This document shows, piece after piece, positions 50,901-60,500 of a stretch of 64,000 bases of DNA. The position numbers and the translations under genes were made by a program. How positions within the stretch are numbered: the stretch's first letter is position 1; the number at the start of each line of letters is the position of its first letter. The notes below the pieces were generated by a model, which made no database searches, was not told the origin of the DNA, and was given only the letters and a program-made list of their open reading frames with translations. The DNA lies in the NCBI RefSeq assembly GCF_028368995.1, contig NZ_JAQNDL010000003.1:1-64000 (forward strand), in the 5' to 3' direction. The DNA comes from Nannocystis bainbridge. GTDB taxonomy: Bacteria; Myxococcota_A; Polyangia; Nannocystales; Nannocystaceae.

Positions 50901-53205
50901 CGGCCGGCTGGCGCTGCAATTGCTAGAGCGCTTCACGTCGACCGAGGTCGCCAGCCGCGTGCACTTCATGGTCGGCTTCTACACCGGCCACACCCGCCCG
51001 CTGCGCGACAGCCTGCACCACCTCCACCAGGCCCGCGTGCTCGGGCTCGAGACGGGCGACTTCATGTACGCCTCGCAAGGGGCGGTGTTCCACGCGCTGG
51101 CCAACCTGCGCCGCGGCGAGGACCTGTCGGCGGTCCGCGAGGAGATCGATCAAGGCCTGGCGCTGATGGTCCGCACGCGCGACGCGATGTCGACCGCGCA
51201 GCTGGTGCTGCTCGGCAACGTGGTCGACGCGCTGCAGCACGAGCAGTGGTTCCACGGGCCGCTGGTCGGCGACAACGAGGGCGAGACCGAGTGGCTGCGC
51301 GGGGTCGACGCGAGCGGGCTCGTGATCGTCCGCTTCCTCCATCACGTCAGCAAGCTGATGACGGCGACGCTGTTCGAGGCGTACCCGGAGGCGCTGGCGC
51401 TGGCCGCCGCGGCCCAGCCGTTCATGGCGGTCGCCGTCGGCGGGCCGCACACCGCCGACCTGCCGTTTTACGCCGCGCTGGCGCTGGCGGCCAGCCACGC
51501 GACCGCGGCCGACGAGGCCGAGCGCGCGGCGCTGATGGCCCAGCTGCTGGCGCACCGGGCGACCACGGCCCAGTGGGCGCTGCTGTGCCCCGAGAACGAG
51601 CAGCACCGCCTGCACATCCTCGACGCCGAGATCGCCCGCATCCGCGGCCAGGACCTGGTCGCGCTCGACGAGTACGACCGCGCGATCGAGTGGGCCCGCC
51701 GCAGCCAGTTCATCCACCACGAGGCGATCGCCAACGAGCTGTGCGGCCGCTTCCACCAGGCCCGCGGCCGGGCCCAGATCGCCCGCGTGTACCTCGGCCA
51801 GGCCCGCTACGGCTACGAGCGCTGGGGCGCGCTGGCGAAGGTGCGCGCGCTCGACGTCAAGTACCCGCACCTGGCCGCCCGCGCCGAGAGCGTCGGCACG
51901 ACGATCACCGCCAGCAGCAACCGCGCGCTCATCACCAGCTCGCTGTCGACCACCGGCAACCAGGGCCTGGACCTCACCAGCGTGATCAAGGCCGCGCAGG
52001 CGCTGACGGCCGAGATCGCGGTCGAGCCGCTGCTCGAGAAGATCATCCAGATCATGATCGAGAACGCCGGGGCCCGCCGCGGCGTGCTGCTGCTCGAGCG
52101 CGAGGGCCAGCTGAGCGTGGTCGCCGAGTCGTCGGTCGACACCGGGTCATACACGCTGAAGCAGCCGCTGCCGCTGGCCGAGGCGGCGTCGGTGCCGGTG
52201 TCGATCGTCAACTACGTGGTCCACACCACCGACAGCGTGGTGCTCGAGGACGCCGCCCGCGCCGGGCCGTTCACCACCGACACGTACGTGGCCCGCAGCG
52301 GGATGCGCTCGGTGCTGTGCACGCCGCTGGTCCACCAGACCAAGCTGACCGGGGTGCTGTACCTCGAGAACGAGCTGATCCCGTCGGTGTTCCCCGAGGC
52401 CCGGCTGCACACGCTCAAGCTGATCGCGTCGCAGGCGGCGATCTCGATCGAGAACGCCAACCTGTACGCGAACATGGAGCGGCTGGTGCAGAAGCGCACC
52501 GACGAGCTGCACCGCGTCAATCAATCGCTGACGGCCAGCAACGCCGAGCTCGACGCGTTCGCCCGCACGGTCGCCCACGACCTCAAGAACCCGCTCGGGG
52601 CGATGGTCGGCTACTCGGAGTACCTGCTCGAGCACATCGACGAGGTCGACTCCGACGAGGTCGAACGCGTGGTCGAGAACATCCGCCGGGCGTCGCACAC
52701 GGCCACCAACATCATCGACGAGCTGCTGCTGCTGGCCGGAGTGCGCAAGCAGCAGATCCAGACCAGCCGCCTCGACATGGCGGCGATCATGCGCCAGGTC
52801 GAGCAGCGCATGGACTACATGCTGCGCGAGTACGGCGGCGAGATCGCGGCGCCCCAGGCGTGGCCGTCGGCGCTCGGCTACGCGCCGTGGATCGAAGAGG
52901 CGTGGACGAACTACATCAGCAACGGGCTGAAGTACGGCGGGTCGCCGCCGCGGCTGCAGCTCGGCGCCGACGCGATCGAGGGCAAGGTCCGCTTCTGGGT
53001 CCGCGACAACGGGCCAGGCATCGACCAGGAGGCGCAAGCGAAGCTGTTCGCGGAGTTCTCCCGGCTCGATACGGTGCGCGCGGAAGGCCACGGGTTGGGG
53101 CTGTCGATCGTGCGCCGCATCATCGAGCGCCTGGGCGGCAGCGTGGGGGTCGAGAGCGAACTCGGCGGCGGCAGCCTGTTCTTCTTCACGCTGCCAGCTG
53201 CGTGA
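47947..53205 (+). CDS. hybrid Ser/Thr kinase-AAA ATPase-GAF-histidine kinase
   Basis: HKDIKPHN, DFG, GGAGVGKS, DDLQWAD, GAF (LYLEN), AHDLKNPL, DNGPGI, GLGLSI. Confidence 0.95.
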   Translation: MDASPRFSLKQRLHEGQNSIIFRGVREDEQTPVVIKVLKGEYPSPRALRQLRREFVTLRELEVPGVVRVYSLENYGNGLALVMEDDGGVPLSDVIHGEALQLRRALELGVALADTLARLHARAIIHKDIKPHNILVNSTTGSVKLIDFGIATNLAHETAQVSSPEALEGTLMYMSPEQSGRVNRIVDQRTDLYSLGVTLYEMLTGAVPFNANDAMELVHSHIARTPVPPWVRTPTVPRAVSDIVMKLLAKGPEDRYQHALGLSADLARCLAALDETGEIEAFELGQRDRADVLRIPQKLYGREADIRALTEAFGRVQDGRPELVLVGGGAGVGKSMLAHEVHRVIARGGGRFVTGKFDLVQRNIPFSALAAALSDLLRQLLTESSRTLAEWRTRIQLAVGSSGQLVVDLVPELERILGKQPPLPPLRPTESQNRFGLVMQNFVRALCPRTSPLVIFLDDLQWADAGSLSLLRLILTDPDGGHLLLVGAYRDGEVDLAHPLRATVTQLRKDGVALTELALGPLDRASVRALLAETLLRERPGSPPPREEVERLESLATLVFDKTHGNPFFLTQFLTMLHRNGQIRFDATTGGWAWDTAAVAAAPITENVAELMSERLREFPGDTQRLLAVAACVGHEFDVVTLARIAERSTGRVAATLWPALQAGLVVPLDSNYRLLEAIDDGAPEANETVELVVACRFLHDRVQQAALSLSTPEALHEVHLRIGRSLQAAHVGELRGDALFDVVRHLNAGAPRLDDPGERLHLARANLEAARAAKRATAYAAGAAFASAGIAVLPTDAWDSQYALTLALHREQAECDYMCGRVDRADAKLADLIGRARSPVEQADLFALRVMLLSSQGRFAEGLAASRVGLQQFGELLPETPEATMATFGAVYGEIEATLAGRTVESLADAPAMRDPAHSAVLRLLNEAFGAGFVVDARLGSVVILKHVLLSLTRGPGELSAFGYATFGYLLVGPLGRPADALRYGRLALQLLERFTSTEVASRVHFMVGFYTGHTRPLRDSLHHLHQARVLGLETGDFMYASQGAVFHALANLRRGEDLSAVREEIDQGLALMVRTRDAMSTAQLVLLGNVVDALQHEQWFHGPLVGDNEGETEWLRGVDASGLVIVRFLHHVSKLMTATLFEAYPEALALAAAAQPFMAVAVGGPHTADLPFYAALALAASHATAADEAERAALMAQLLAHRATTAQWALLCPENEQHRLHILDAEIARIRGQDLVALDEYDRAIEWARRSQFIHHEAIANELCGRFHQARGRAQIARVYLGQARYGYERWGALAKVRALDVKYPHLAARAESVGTTITASSNRALITSSLSTTGNQGLDLTSVIKAAQALTAEIAVEPLLEKIIQIMIENAGARRGVLLLEREGQLSVVAESSVDTGSYTLKQPLPLAEAASVPVSIVNYVVHTTDSVVLEDAARAGPFTTDTYVARSGMRSVLCTPLVHQTKLTGVLYLENELIPSVFPEARLHTLKLIASQAAISIENANLYANMERLVQKRTDELHRVNQSLTASNAELDAFARTVAHDLKNPLGAMVGYSEYLLEHIDEVDSDEVERVVENIRRASHTATNIIDELLLLAGVRKQQIQTSRLDMAAIMRQVEQRMDYMLREYGGEIAAPQAWPSALGYAPWIEEAWTNYISNGLKYGGSPPRLQLGADAIEGKVRFWVRDNGPGIDQEAQAKLFAEFSRLDTVRAEGHGLGLSIVRRIIERLGGSVGVESELGGGSLFFFTLPAA

Positions 53206-53206
53206 G

Positions 53207-53403
53207 GCGGGCTCTCGCTGCGCGGGCGGGCTCGCTTGCTGCGGCGGGCGGCATCGGGCTCTCGGTGCGGCGGGCTCTTGCTGCGCGGGTGGTTCAGGAT
53301 GCCCGGCAGGCTCGGGGCCTTGCTGCGCGGGCGGGCCCGAGCTCTTGCTTCGCGGGCGGGCTCGAGCTCTTGCTTCGCGGGGGGCTCGAGCTCTTGCTTC
53401 GCG
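53207..53403. repeat. degenerate short repeats (GCGGGCTCGAGCTCTTGCTTCGCG-like)
   Basis: Three near-identical copies at about 53330-53403, weaker copies upstream. Confidence 0.6.
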
Positions 53404-53425
53404 AATTGCCGACCGCGCCTCGCGG

Positions 53426-53526
53426 GGGGTTCGGGGAAGGGCCGGCCGCGAGTTAACCGGCAGATGGATGCTCGTTCCTCGCACCCATCCCGCCTCTAAT
53501 TCGCGGCCGGCCCTTCCCCGAACCCC
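53426..53526. repeat. about 100-bp long inverted repeat (REP/MITE-like hairpin)
   Basis: Arms GGGGTTCGGGGAAGGGCCGGCCGCGA and TCGCGGCCGGCCCTTCCCCGAACCCC plus an inner stem. Confidence 0.8.
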
Positions 53527-53699
53527 TTGCACGGCTGCAGCCGTGAGAGGCCGACTCGCCGTCGTCGGCTCCGCTGCGGGATTGTGTTCGCGGAGATCGT
53601 GGGGCGCCTGTTCGACGGCCAGGACTGGCCGCCGAACAGACGCTTTCTCGCGTCAATAACGGCGTGTCTCCCCGCGCGGCGAGGTCTGCCGCGTCCGCG

Positions 53700-54270
53700 G
53701 CGCTCCTCTTCGTGTCGCGAGGCCTCCGCGTGCCCGGCGACTCTCACCGCGCAACGACGGGTCTCGCGTGCAGGCGACTCTCTTCACGCGACGATGTCTC
53801 TCGCGTTGCACGACGACTCTCTTCGCGCGACGAGGCTTCCCGTGCACGTTGACTCTCGGCGCGCGACTTCCCGTGCGTGCACGACGACCCTCTTCGCGCG
53901 ACGAGGCCTCCCGTGCACGATGACTCTCGGCGCGTGACGACTTCCCGTGCGTGCACGACGACCCTCTTCGCGCGACGACATCTCTCGCGCACGACGACTC
54001 TCTTCGCGCGCCGATGCCTCCCGCGTGCACCGCAATTCTCTTCGCGCGACGACGGCTCCTGCGTGCCCCATGACTCCCTTCGCGCGCCGATGCCTCCCGC
54101 GTGTACGGCAACTCTCTTCGCGGGACGACGGCTCCTGCGTGCCCCGTGACTCTCTTCGCGCGCCGATGCCTCCCGCGTGTACGGCAACTCTCTTCGCGGG
54201 ACGACGGCTCCTGCGTGCCCCGTGACTCTCTTCGCGCGACGACGTCTTCCGCGCGCGACGACGACTCGCG
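53700..54270. repeat. tandem repeat array of about 36-38 bp, core GACTCTCTTCGCGCGACGA, about 15 units
   Basis: Directly visible; alternating A/B units give a 76-bp higher-order repeat. Confidence 0.85.
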
Positions 54271-54359
54271 CCTCACGGCTCTCATGCATGGCCGCAGGGC
54301 TTCAGAGCCGCTCAGCCGCTGTCATGAGCGCATGGGCCCGCCGGAGCGCGTGCGAGCCG

Positions 54360-54884
54360 TCAGCGGGCGCGTACGCCGTAGAGGAAGCGGGCGTAGCCGA
54401 TCTCGGCGGCGTTCTTCATCAGCTCGACGTTGGCCCACGCGAGCACGTCGGCGAATGGGCGGTCCGGGAACGGCCAGCGGGTGCGCTGCGGGGAGCGCAG
54501 GTCGTCGTCGTCGAGCGCCTCGACGGCGGCGCGCCAGCTCGACTGGAGGCGGCCGAGCCGTTCGCGCACGCTCTCGGCGTCGCCGGGCCAGGCGACGTCC
54601 TCGCGCATCAGCGTGGCGGCGCCGAAGGAGTGGTCGAGCGCCATCGACCACCAGAAGCCGATGTGCCAGGTCAGCCAGGCGATGCTCGGCGGGCCGATGT
54701 CGTAACCCTCGTGCTCGGGCCAGTCGGCGCGCCAGCGGCCATCGACCGCGCGGTGGACGTGCAACCCGACGTGCGCCGGTCGCCACAGGCACTCCTCCGT
54801 GGTGAGGCCGTCGAGGTGATACTGGGCCAGCATCCACGCGGTGTCGAGCTGCCGCAGCAGGATGTCGCGGGCTTCGGTGGGCAT
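54360..54884 (-). CDS. DinB family protein
   Basis: GLTTEECLWRP, SIAWLTWH, ELMKNAAEIG. Confidence 0.85.
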   Translation of the reverse strand: MPTEARDILLRQLDTAWMLAQYHLDGLTTEECLWRPAHVGLHVHRAVDGRWRADWPEHEGYDIGPPSIAWLTWHIGFWWSMALDHSFGAATLMREDVAWPGDAESVRERLGRLQSSWRAAVEALDDDDLRSPQRTRWPFPDRPFADVLAWANVELMKNAAEIGYARFLYGVRAR

Positions 54885-55297
54885 CGCCGGAGATCTTCGA
54901 GAAGAGCGCCGCAGAAATCAAGCCGGCGCACCGGCGACGCCAAAAGACGGCACATCCCTCCTGTGCGCGAGGCCTGCCCTGCCGGCCCTCGATTCATGAA
55001 TCCGATGGCCGCAGGCAGGCCCGTGCAGGGCTCGCGGATGAGATGTCCCGAGAGACAGATCGTGATTCAAGCCCGAGCACACCGTCGCGGCCCGACGCAG
55101 CGGTCCTCGACCGACACGACCGTGCCGCTGATCTCGCGGGCCTCAGCAGCGCCCTCTCACCCACGCGGCCGTCTCGCGGTCTCGGCCCGCCCGCCCGCGT
55201 GACAGCCCCACTGGCTCGCTGGCCTCGACAGCGCTCCTCTGACGACACGGCGTCGCGCCCGTCCTCGCGGTCCTCGGCCGCGCCGGCGCGGCGAGCC

Positions 55298-56545
55298 TCA
55301 GCCCAGCTCCACGTAGTTGCCGGGCACGGCGGGTGGCAGCATGGCGCCGTCGCGTAGCATCGAGAACAGCAGCTCCATGGTGTTCGCGCCGTGCGACTCG
55401 ACGACGCGGCGGCCGTATGTGCCCGTGCCGATGTAGTAGCGCCGATCGGGCGAGACGATCGCGTCGAGGACCATGCGTCCTTCGTCATCGCGCAGCTCGA
55501 CTTGCTCCCACCCGAGCGCCGTGCAGACCCGCTCGCCCCAGGCCGCCCCGACCACGCGGTGAAACCTGCGCTGCGCGAACTCGCCAGCGATGAACCGATC
55601 GACCCGCGCCGCGAGCTCGCGGATCGCCGCGACCGGATCGGCAGGCGGTAACGCGTCGAACGCCCGCCAATCGAGCTCCTCGATCGCAGCCGGCACGCGC
55701 GCACGGGACCGCTCGCGCAACCTCCCGCCCGGCACGACCCGCTCCCACCCGCCCTCCGACGACCACGTCGCCTGCGCCACCCTGGTCGAGCGCCCCGCGA
55801 CCTTCTTCGCCGCCTGCGCCGTGCTTCTCGCGGCCTTCTTCGTCCCCGAGCGGTTCGTCGTCCTCCCCGCGGCGTTCTTCACCGACGACTTCCTCGTCGT
55901 GCTTCCCGCGGCCTCCTTCGCCGACGACTTCTGCGCCGTACTCTCCGCAACTTTTTTCGCCGACGACTTCTGCGCCGTACTCTCCGCGCCCTTCTTCGCC
56001 GGCGAGCTCTTCGTCGTGCTTACCGCAGTCTTCTTCGCCGCCGCCGTCTTCGCCGTACTTCCCGCGGTCTCCTGCGACGACGCCTTCTTCGTCGTACTTC
56101 CCGCGGTCTTCTTCGTCGACGACTTCTTCGTCGTCCTCCCCGCGGCCCCCTTCGCCGCCCCCTTCTTCGTCGTCCTCCCCGCGGCCCTCTTCGCCGCCGA
56201 CGTCTTCGTCGCGCCCCCCGCGGCCTTCTTCGCCGCCGACGTCTTCGTCACGCGCCCCGCGGCCTTCTTCGCAGCCGTCGTCTTCGTCGCGGCGCTTCCC
56301 GCGGCCTTCTTCGCAGCCGACGACCTCTTCGCCGTGCGTCCTGTCTTCTTGTGTGCCGACGACTTCTTCGCCGCGCTTCCCACGGCCTTCTTCTCCGACG
56401 ACCGCTTCGCCGCACTCCCCGCCCCAACTGTCTGCGGCGACCCCCCCGCGGCCTTCTCCGTGCCGGTCTCGCGCTCCGCCGAATGTCGCCTCGCTGCCCT
56501 CTTCGCACCAGCCGCGGGCTTCTTCTGCGTCGCCGTCGTCTTCAC
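55298..56545 (-). CDS. histone-H1-like Lys/Ala-rich repeat protein with C-terminal globular domain
   Basis: 13-aa repeats such as AAGRTTKKSSTKK; GGAG 5 nt before GTG at 56545. Confidence 0.7.
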   Translation of the reverse strand: MKTTATQKKPAAGAKRAARRHSAERETGTEKAAGGSPQTVGAGSAAKRSSEKKAVGSAAKKSSAHKKTGRTAKRSSAAKKAAGSAATKTTAAKKAAGRVTKTSAAKKAAGGATKTSAAKRAAGRTTKKGAAKGAAGRTTKKSSTKKTAGSTTKKASSQETAGSTAKTAAAKKTAVSTTKSSPAKKGAESTAQKSSAKKVAESTAQKSSAKEAAGSTTRKSSVKNAAGRTTNRSGTKKAARSTAQAAKKVAGRSTRVAQATWSSEGGWERVVPGGRLRERSRARVPAAIEELDWRAFDALPPADPVAAIRELAARVDRFIAGEFAQRRFHRVVGAAWGERVCTALGWEQVELRDDEGRMVLDAIVSPDRRYYIGTGTYGRRVVESHGANTMELLFSMLRDGAMLPPAVPGNYVELG

Positions 56546-57299
56546 GCCTGCTCCACTCCTCGTCGTCGTCTTCAAATCGTCTCGCGCCCCGTCGTCTTCT
56601 TCATCGCTGATTTCCTCGCCGTTGTCTCGCACCCTGGTTCGCGCCAGCAGTCGCGCTTCCGCAGTGAACCTCGCACACCTCCGCCCCGGACGCTCCGCTG
56701 AGCGCACGCGGGTCGGCGGCGGTCGACTCGCCGCAGTCGAGCATCAAGCGACCTGGATCTCCACAGACTGCCCGCCGACCGAGTGAGGGCACAGCTCTCG
56801 ACCGCGCGACACTTGCCGCAAGAACCATCCGGCCTGGACGTCTCGCATCGCTATCTGTCTTCAAAGACAGCTCACGCCGACCTACGCAACCCAGCACGCG
56901 GCACGAAGAACCAACTCGGTTCATGCCCCCAGGCACACCGGGCCTGAGCGATGCACCCGCTCGATCTGGCCTGGCTTCGAGAAGCCATCACGAGCACGAG
57001 GGGTCTGCAGAACTGATCTGTCCTTTCGAACAGCCCTATCCCGAACGGTCTCCGCCCGGCGAAGCGCGGGGCTCGCGACGATCCTCGCAGGCGGGCACGG
57101 AGCGGCGGAGTGGGACGCAGGTGGGACGGAGCCTGTTTCACCGCGCGCAGGCGCCAACGCTCGCCGTTCACGCCCTGGCCTGCGCGCTGGCCGATCTGCC
57201 TTCAAGGACAGATGGCGCCGAGCACGTGAGGGCGCCCGCCGTCGCGAGGGACCCACTCCGCCGCTCCGTGCCCGCCGTCACCCGGTTCTCCGCGCCCCG

Positions 57300-57546
57300 C
57301 GCCCCCGCACACGCCCCGTTCCTCGCCCCTCGCCAAACTCGCCCCGCGCCCCCGTACACGCCCCGTTCCTCGACCCTCGCCAAACGCGCCCACGCCCCCG
57401 CACACGCCCCGTTCCCCGCCCCTCGCCAAACTCGCCCGCGCCCCCGCTCCTCGACCCGCCGATCTCTCGAACACGCTCCATCACTCGACCGAGCCCCCGC
57501 ACACGCTCCGGCCCTCGACCGAGCCGAGACCGAGACCGAGACCGAC
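57300..57546. repeat. tandem repeat of about 46 bp (3 copies) followed by GACCGA microsatellite
   Basis: CGCCCCCGCACACGCCCCGTTCCTCGCCCCTCGCCAAAC near 57300, 57347, 57393. Confidence 0.75.
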
Positions 57547-57598
57547 CCCCGACCTCTCATGCGCGCGACTCCAGCTCTCCGGAGCCGCGCGCGCAGCC

Positions 57599-60500
57599 TC
57601 ACCGTCGCAGATGCCGGTCGATCAGCCGCGCCAGCGTCTCCACCCACGGCTCGTCCATCATCGTGAAGTGGTCGCCTGGAGTTCGGTACAGCGAGAACGG
57701 CCCTTCCACCAGGTCCAGCCAGTACATCCCTGCGTGTGTGTCGCGGGTGTCGCGTTGTTCGTTCGCTGCGAAGTACACCACCTCGGCCGCGATCGGCTGC
57801 GGCTTGTAGCGTTGCTCGGCCAGGCACGTCGCCAGCACGATCTGTCGCAGCGCTGCGTCCGTCTCGAGCGCCGCCACGAAGCTCTGGTACGACGGTGACT
57901 CGCACGAAGCGAACGCCTCGTGGCTGCGGAGGAAATCCTCGATCGTCAGGATCACGTCCTCGTACACTGCCGGCATCGACGGCGCATCCAGGATCAGCAG
58001 GCGCACCGTGTGGCCGCGGCTTTCCAGCTGGCGGGCCACCTCGTACGCCGTGATCCCGCCTGCCGAGTGCCCGCCCACGATGAACGGCCCCTCTGGTTGT
58101 TCGCGCAGGATCTCCGCCACATAGCGCTCGGCCATCGCGGGCACCTCGTCGAGCACTGGCTCGCCCGCGTCCGTGCCTGACGCTCGCACCCCGAAGATCG
58201 CCGCCCCGCCCGCATCCAGGTGGCGGCTCAGCGGCAGGTACGTGTACACCGTCCCCCCGATCGGCTGGACCAGGAAGATCGGCCGCGTCCCTGGCTTGCC
58301 TGGCCGCAGCGGCACCAGCAGCGAGCGCTCGCCCTCCTCTGCTCCCCCGCCGATCAGGCTGCGCAGCGCCGCCACGAACTCGGCGAAGTTCGGGTGCTCG
58401 AGCAGCGCGTGGACTGGCGTCGTCACCCCGAAGCGTTCGCGGACGCGGGCCCGGATCTTCACAGCCGTCAGCGACGTCCCGCCGAGGTCGAAGAAGTTGT
58501 CCGAATCGTGCACCCGCGTCACTCCCAGCGCCTCGCGCCAGATCTCCGCCACGATCGCCGCCAGCCCGTCGCGCGGCGCCTCCTCCCGCGCCTCGCTCGA
58601 GTTCGCCGCCGGCTCTGGCGTCGGGGCTGCAAGCACCAGCGTCGGCCCGGCCGGTCGCACCTCGATCGCGTGGCGCGTGCGCGCGAACGGGTACGTCGGC
58701 AGCGGCAGCTTGCGCCGCGGCTCCTCCCCCGCGAACGCTTGCCAGTCGATCGGCGCCCCTGCGCACCACAGCTGCCCGAGCGCCAGCAGCAGCGCCTCGA
58801 GCTCGCTGCGACCCGCGCGCGGGTGGGCCATCGCCGCCACCACCAGCCGGTCCGGCCCCGCATCCGGGTGATTGCGGATGAAGCTCGCCAGGTGCCCGCC
58901 CGGGCCCACCTCGAGGCACACCGTATCCGGGTCCGCGTGCAGCGTCGCCGTCCCGTCGGCGAAGCGGACCGTCTGGCGCAGGTGGCGGCCCCAGTAGCCC
59001 GGGTCGCACAGCTCCGCCCCGATCCACTCCCCCGTCATCCCCGACACCATCCGGATCTGCGGCGGCGAGAACTCCACCGCGCGCGCCCGCTCCACCAGTC
59101 GTTCGACCAGCGGCTCCATCAGCGCCGAGTGCGACGCCGTGGCGATCGGCAGTCGGCGGGCCTCGATGCCTGCCTCCACCAGCGCCGCCAGGAACGGCTC
59201 CATCGCCGTCATCGCCCCTGCCACCACGCACGACTCCGGCCCGTTGATGGCCGCCAGCGACAGCCCAGGCACCAGCCGCGCCGCCGCGGCCGCCGGCGCC
59301 AGCGGCACCGCCACCATCGCCGCCGGCGGGGCCGCGTCGCACAGCGCCCCGCGGATCGCCACCAGCGCCACCGCGTCGGCCAGCGAGAACACCCCCGCCA
59401 CCGCCGCCGCCACGTACTCCCCGAGGCTGTGGCCGAACAGCGCCGCCGGGCGCACGCCCCAGTCGATCAGCACCTGCGCCAGCGCGTACTCGACCGCGAA
59501 GATCGTCGCCATGTTGCGCGACGGCGCCAGCAGCCGCTGCTTCGCCGCCTCGTACCCGCCCGGCGGCGGATACATCGCCGTCCGGATGTCCTCCCCCAGC
59601 TCGGCCACGAACAGCTCCGCGCACGCGTCGAGGGCCGCGCGGAACACCGGCAGCTCCGCGTACAGCTCGCGGCCCATGTCGACGTGCTGACTACCGCCGC
59701 CGGGGAACACGAACACCACCTGCGGCGCGCGGGCGCGCACCTGCCCGCGGACCATCTGGCCCGGGCTGCGGCCGGCCAGGGCCGCCTGCGCCCCGGCCCC
59801 TTCGCGGCAGACCACCACCGCGCGCGCCGGCGCCAGCGCCGTCCGCTGCTGCAGCGTGTACGCCACGTCGGCCAGCGGCAGCGTCGGCCGCTCGCCCAGG
59901 TGCGCCGCCAGCAGCTCCGCGCGCGAGCCCAGGGCGGCGCTCGTGCGCGCCGACAGGGGCAACATCTGCCACGCCCGGCCCGGCCCGCCCGGCCCCGGGT
60001 TCGGCGCCGCCTCGAGCACCACGTGCGCATTCGTCCCGCCCACCCCGAACGCGCTCACCCCCGCGCGCCGCGGCCCTGCCTGCTCCGGCCACGCCACCGC
60101 CGTCGCCGGCACGAAGAACGGGCTCTCTGCCAGCCGCAGCTCCGGGCTCGGCGCCGTGAAGTGCAGCGTCCCCGGGATCTGGCCGCGCTCCAGCGCCAGC
60201 GTCGCCTTGATCAGCCCCGTCACCCCCGCCGCCGCGCTGAGGTGGCCCAGGTTGCTCTTGATCGATCCCAGCGCGCACCCGCCGATCCGCGCCTCCGCGG
60301 CCGCGAACACCCGCGTCAGCGCCGCGACCTCGATCGGGTCGCCCAGCCGCGTCGCCGTCCCGTGGGCCTCGACCAGCCCCACGCTCGCCGGCGACACCTC
60401 GGCCGCCGCGTAGGCCCGGCGCAGCACGTCGACCTGGCCCTGCAGCCCTGGCGCCGTGTAGCCGACCTTGTCCGCCCCGTCGTTGCCGATCGCCGAGCCG

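Noticed and set aside
53700-54270. CRISPR array
   Set aside because: The variable parts are short and recur rather than being unique spacers; no cas genes in the window
55590-56786. Phe/Ala-rich membrane-like ORF on the plus strand
   Set aside because: Antisense mirror of the Lys/Ala repeats
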